Program-made: the position numbers and the translations under genes
From: Oscillatoria princeps RMCB-10
Lineage (GTDB): Bacteria; Cyanobacteriota; Cyanobacteriia; Cyanobacteriales; Oscillatoriaceae
NCBI GenBank assembly: GCA_019359235.1
Contig: JAHHHT010000012.1
Coordinates: 67,648 to 131,647, forward strand
Reading direction: 5' to 3'
DNA: 64,000 bases
Notes under the pieces: generated by a model
Databases searched by the model: none
The model's input: only the letters and a program-made list of their open reading frames with translations
Told to the model about the DNA's origin: nothing
Shown: in pieces, positions 62,111-64,000 of the stretch
How the letters are laid out: each line of letters starts with the position of its first letter
Numbering within the stretch: position 1 is the first letter of the stretch

Positions 62111-62318
62111 TCCCCCTCACCCCCAACCCCTCTCCCACAAGGGGAGAGGGGAGAATTCTTGATTCTTTCGCCCCTCTCCCTTCATGGGAGAGGGGGGTTA
62201 GGGGGGTGAGGGTGACAGTCTTTGCAAAAACGGGATGCTCCCAGATAGTCCGCTGAACCACTTGACTGTCACCTGAGAAGTAGGGTGCGTGCCGGTGAGC
62301 GCGGAAGGCACCCTACTG

Positions 62319-64000
62319 TTAAGGCTTAATCCCATCGCAAAGGTGCCGGTCGCTCTCACTGAGATTGGCATTCGTTTTCAGATAGTCACGCGCCCAATTG
62401 CAACCGTAACGCAGCAGATCATTTGCCTTCAAGTCCAAATTCCACAGAATCAATCTTCCAGCTTTGTCAGCGGAAGCAAGAGTGTGGCCCTTAGTGCTGA
62501 AATTGACGCTGAAGACATAATCGTCGTGACCCTTGTAGGTTTTCAGTTCCTTACCGTCCACGCTCCAGAGTTTGACAGTGTTGTCTAAACTGGCAGTGGC
62601 AAGGGTAAGGCCATCGGGGCTGAACCTGACTCTGAAGACACCAGCATTATGACCTTTGAGGGTTGTAATTTTTTTACCTTCAGAAGTCCAAAGCACGACA
62701 GTTTTATCCTCGCTGGCAGTGGCAATTATTTTGCCGTCAGGGCTGAAAGTGATGCTATGGACTCCATCGGCATGCCCCCTGAGGGTTTTGATTGGCTTAC
62801 CTTCACGAGTCCAAAGTTTGGCAGTCTTGTCCCAACTGGCAGTAGCAATTGTCTTGCCATCGGGGCTAAAAGTGACGCTATTAACTTTATCGCTATGCCC
62901 CTTGAGGGTTTTGAGCTCTTTTCCATCTCGGCTCCAGAGTTTGACAGTTTTGTCAGCACTGGCGGTGGCAATCGTCTCACCGTTGGGACTGAAAGTGACC
63001 CTCCAGACCCAATCTGTATGACTTTGGAGGGTTGTGATTTCCTTACCTGAGCGATGCAAAAGTTTGACAGTCCCATCAGCAGTGGCAGTAGCAATCATCT
63101 TGTTGTCGGGGCTGAAACTGACGTCAGTGACCTCACTGTTATACCCCTTAAGGGGTTGGAGTAGTTTCCCATCCAGGCTCCAGAGTTTGACAGTTTTGTC
63201 AGCACTGGCGGTGGCAATCGTCTCACCGTTGGGACTGAAACTAACGCTATATATCGCATTTTTGTGCGCCGGAATGATTGGCAGTTGCTTACCTGCCACA
63301 TTCCAGAGTTTGACGGTTTTGTCCTTACTAGCAGAGGCAATCATTGTCCCGTCAGGGCTGAAACTGACGCTCCAAACCCAATCCTTGTGTCCGGTCAGGG
63401 TTTGGAGGTTCTCGCCGTCTAAGCTCCAGAGTTTGACGGTCCTGTCACTACTGGCAGTAGCAAGGGTTTTGCCATCGGAGCTAAAACTGACGCTAGTGAC
63501 CGGATCTCCATGACCGGTGAGGGTTTTAGGTTCCTTACCGTCAAGGCTCCAGAGTTTGACGGTTTTGTCCTTACTAGCAGAGGCAATCATTGTCCCGTCA
63601 GGGCTGAAATTGACGCTCCAAACCCCATCCTTGTGTCCGGTAAAGGTTCGGAGTTCTTTCCCATCCAGACTCCAGAGTTTGACAGTGTTGTCATCACTGG
63701 CTGTAGCAATCGTCTTGCCATCGGGGCTAAAACTCACGCCATAGACCGCCTTTTTATGCCCCTTGAGGGTTGTGATTTCCTGACCAGCCAAAGTCCAAAC
63801 TTTGACAGTTGTGTCATCACTAGCAGTGGCAATTGCTTTTCCATTAGGGCTGAAACTCACGCTATGTACCTCATTTGTGTGCCCCTTGAGGGTTTGGAGT
63901 TCTTTCCCATCCAGACTCCAGAGTTTGACAGTTTTGTCAGCACTGGCTGTAGCAATCGTCTTGCCATCGGGGCTAAAACTCACGCCATAGACCGTCCCTT
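62319..64000 (-). CDS. WD40-repeat protein, C-terminal part. The N-terminus lies beyond the window end.
   Basis: The product has at least 13 WD40 units of the form (H/G)xxxVxSVSFSPDGKTIATAS(A/D)DKTVKLW. The ORF is open to the window edge. Confidence 0.85.
   Translation of the reverse strand, partial: GTVYGVSFSPDGKTIATASADKTVKLWSLDGKELQTLKGHTNEVHSVSFSPNGKAIATASDDTTVKVWTLAGQEITTLKGHKKAVYGVSFSPDGKTIATASDDNTVKLWSLDGKELRTFTGHKDGVWSVNFSPDGTMIASASKDKTVKLWSLDGKEPKTLTGHGDPVTSVSFSSDGKTLATASSDRTVKLWSLDGENLQTLTGHKDWVWSVSFSPDGTMIASASKDKTVKLWNVAGKQLPIIPAHKNAIYSVSFSPNGETIATASADKTVKLWSLDGKLLQPLKGYNSEVTDVSFSPDNKMIATATADGTVKLLHRSGKEITTLQSHTDWVWRVTFSPNGETIATASADKTVKLWSRDGKELKTLKGHSDKVNSVTFSPDGKTIATASWDKTAKLWTREGKPIKTLRGHADGVHSITFSPDGKIIATASEDKTVVLWTSEGKKITTLKGHNAGVFRVRFSPDGLTLATASLDNTVKLWSVDGKELKTYKGHDDYVFSVNFSTKGHTLASADKAGRLILWNLDLKANDLLRYGCNWARDYLKTNANLSESDRHLCDGIKP

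Overview
This 64-kb window reads as a chromosomal region of a filamentous cyanobacterium. That call is inference, resting on many short dispersed palindromic repeats (SDRs), MITE-like elements, heptamer tandem repeats, WD40, pentapeptide and TPR-kinase proteins, and a long-form Hpf (LrtA-like). Housekeeping genes are aat, rpsN, nth, an rseP-like site-2 protease, serS, a metal ABC uptake system (znuA/mntC-like), bcp, hpf, lipB, ssb and pheT. Several accessory insertions sit between them.

(1) 30659..33325 encodes a full-length major vault protein (MVP) homologue, recognisable by eye against the eukaryotic MVP consensus.

(2) 34579..42754 is a cohesive sulfur-handling nanocompartment locus. It holds a Family-2B encapsulin shell gene with a cNMP-binding domain. 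Its stop overlaps a SufS-like cysteine desulfurase that carries a ~215-aa disordered N-terminal cargo-loading domain. Downstream are cysE, a split YeeE/YedE-type sulfur transporter pair, and a fusion of an FAD/NAD-binding domain with an ETHE1-type persulfide dioxygenase. A locus-specific palindromic motif, GACGCGAT-TT-ATCGCGTC, decorates the locus.

(3) 42843..50393 (minus strand) is a three-gene cassette I could not assign to a named system. It comprises a 1003-aa protein, a 180-aa protein and a 1245-aa P-loop/SF1-helicase-like protein, is bounded by direct repeats, and lies next to pheT. It is a candidate novel defence or NTPase system.

(4) 21740..24186 is a complete-looking bacterial group II intron (5' GUGCG, domain V, HNH-type RT/maturase). 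Its IEP is broken by a single -1 frameshift.

(5) Other accessory features are a tandem pair of paralogous membrane Ser/Thr kinases, a three-FHA/ABC transporter fusion convergent with a TPR-Ser/Thr kinase, an orphan truncated DNA methyltransferase, and a 1238-aa repeat/NTF2-like/NHL propeller protein.

I found no rRNA, tRNA or CRISPR array. All homology calls are by-eye motif and consensus recognition. No searches were run.
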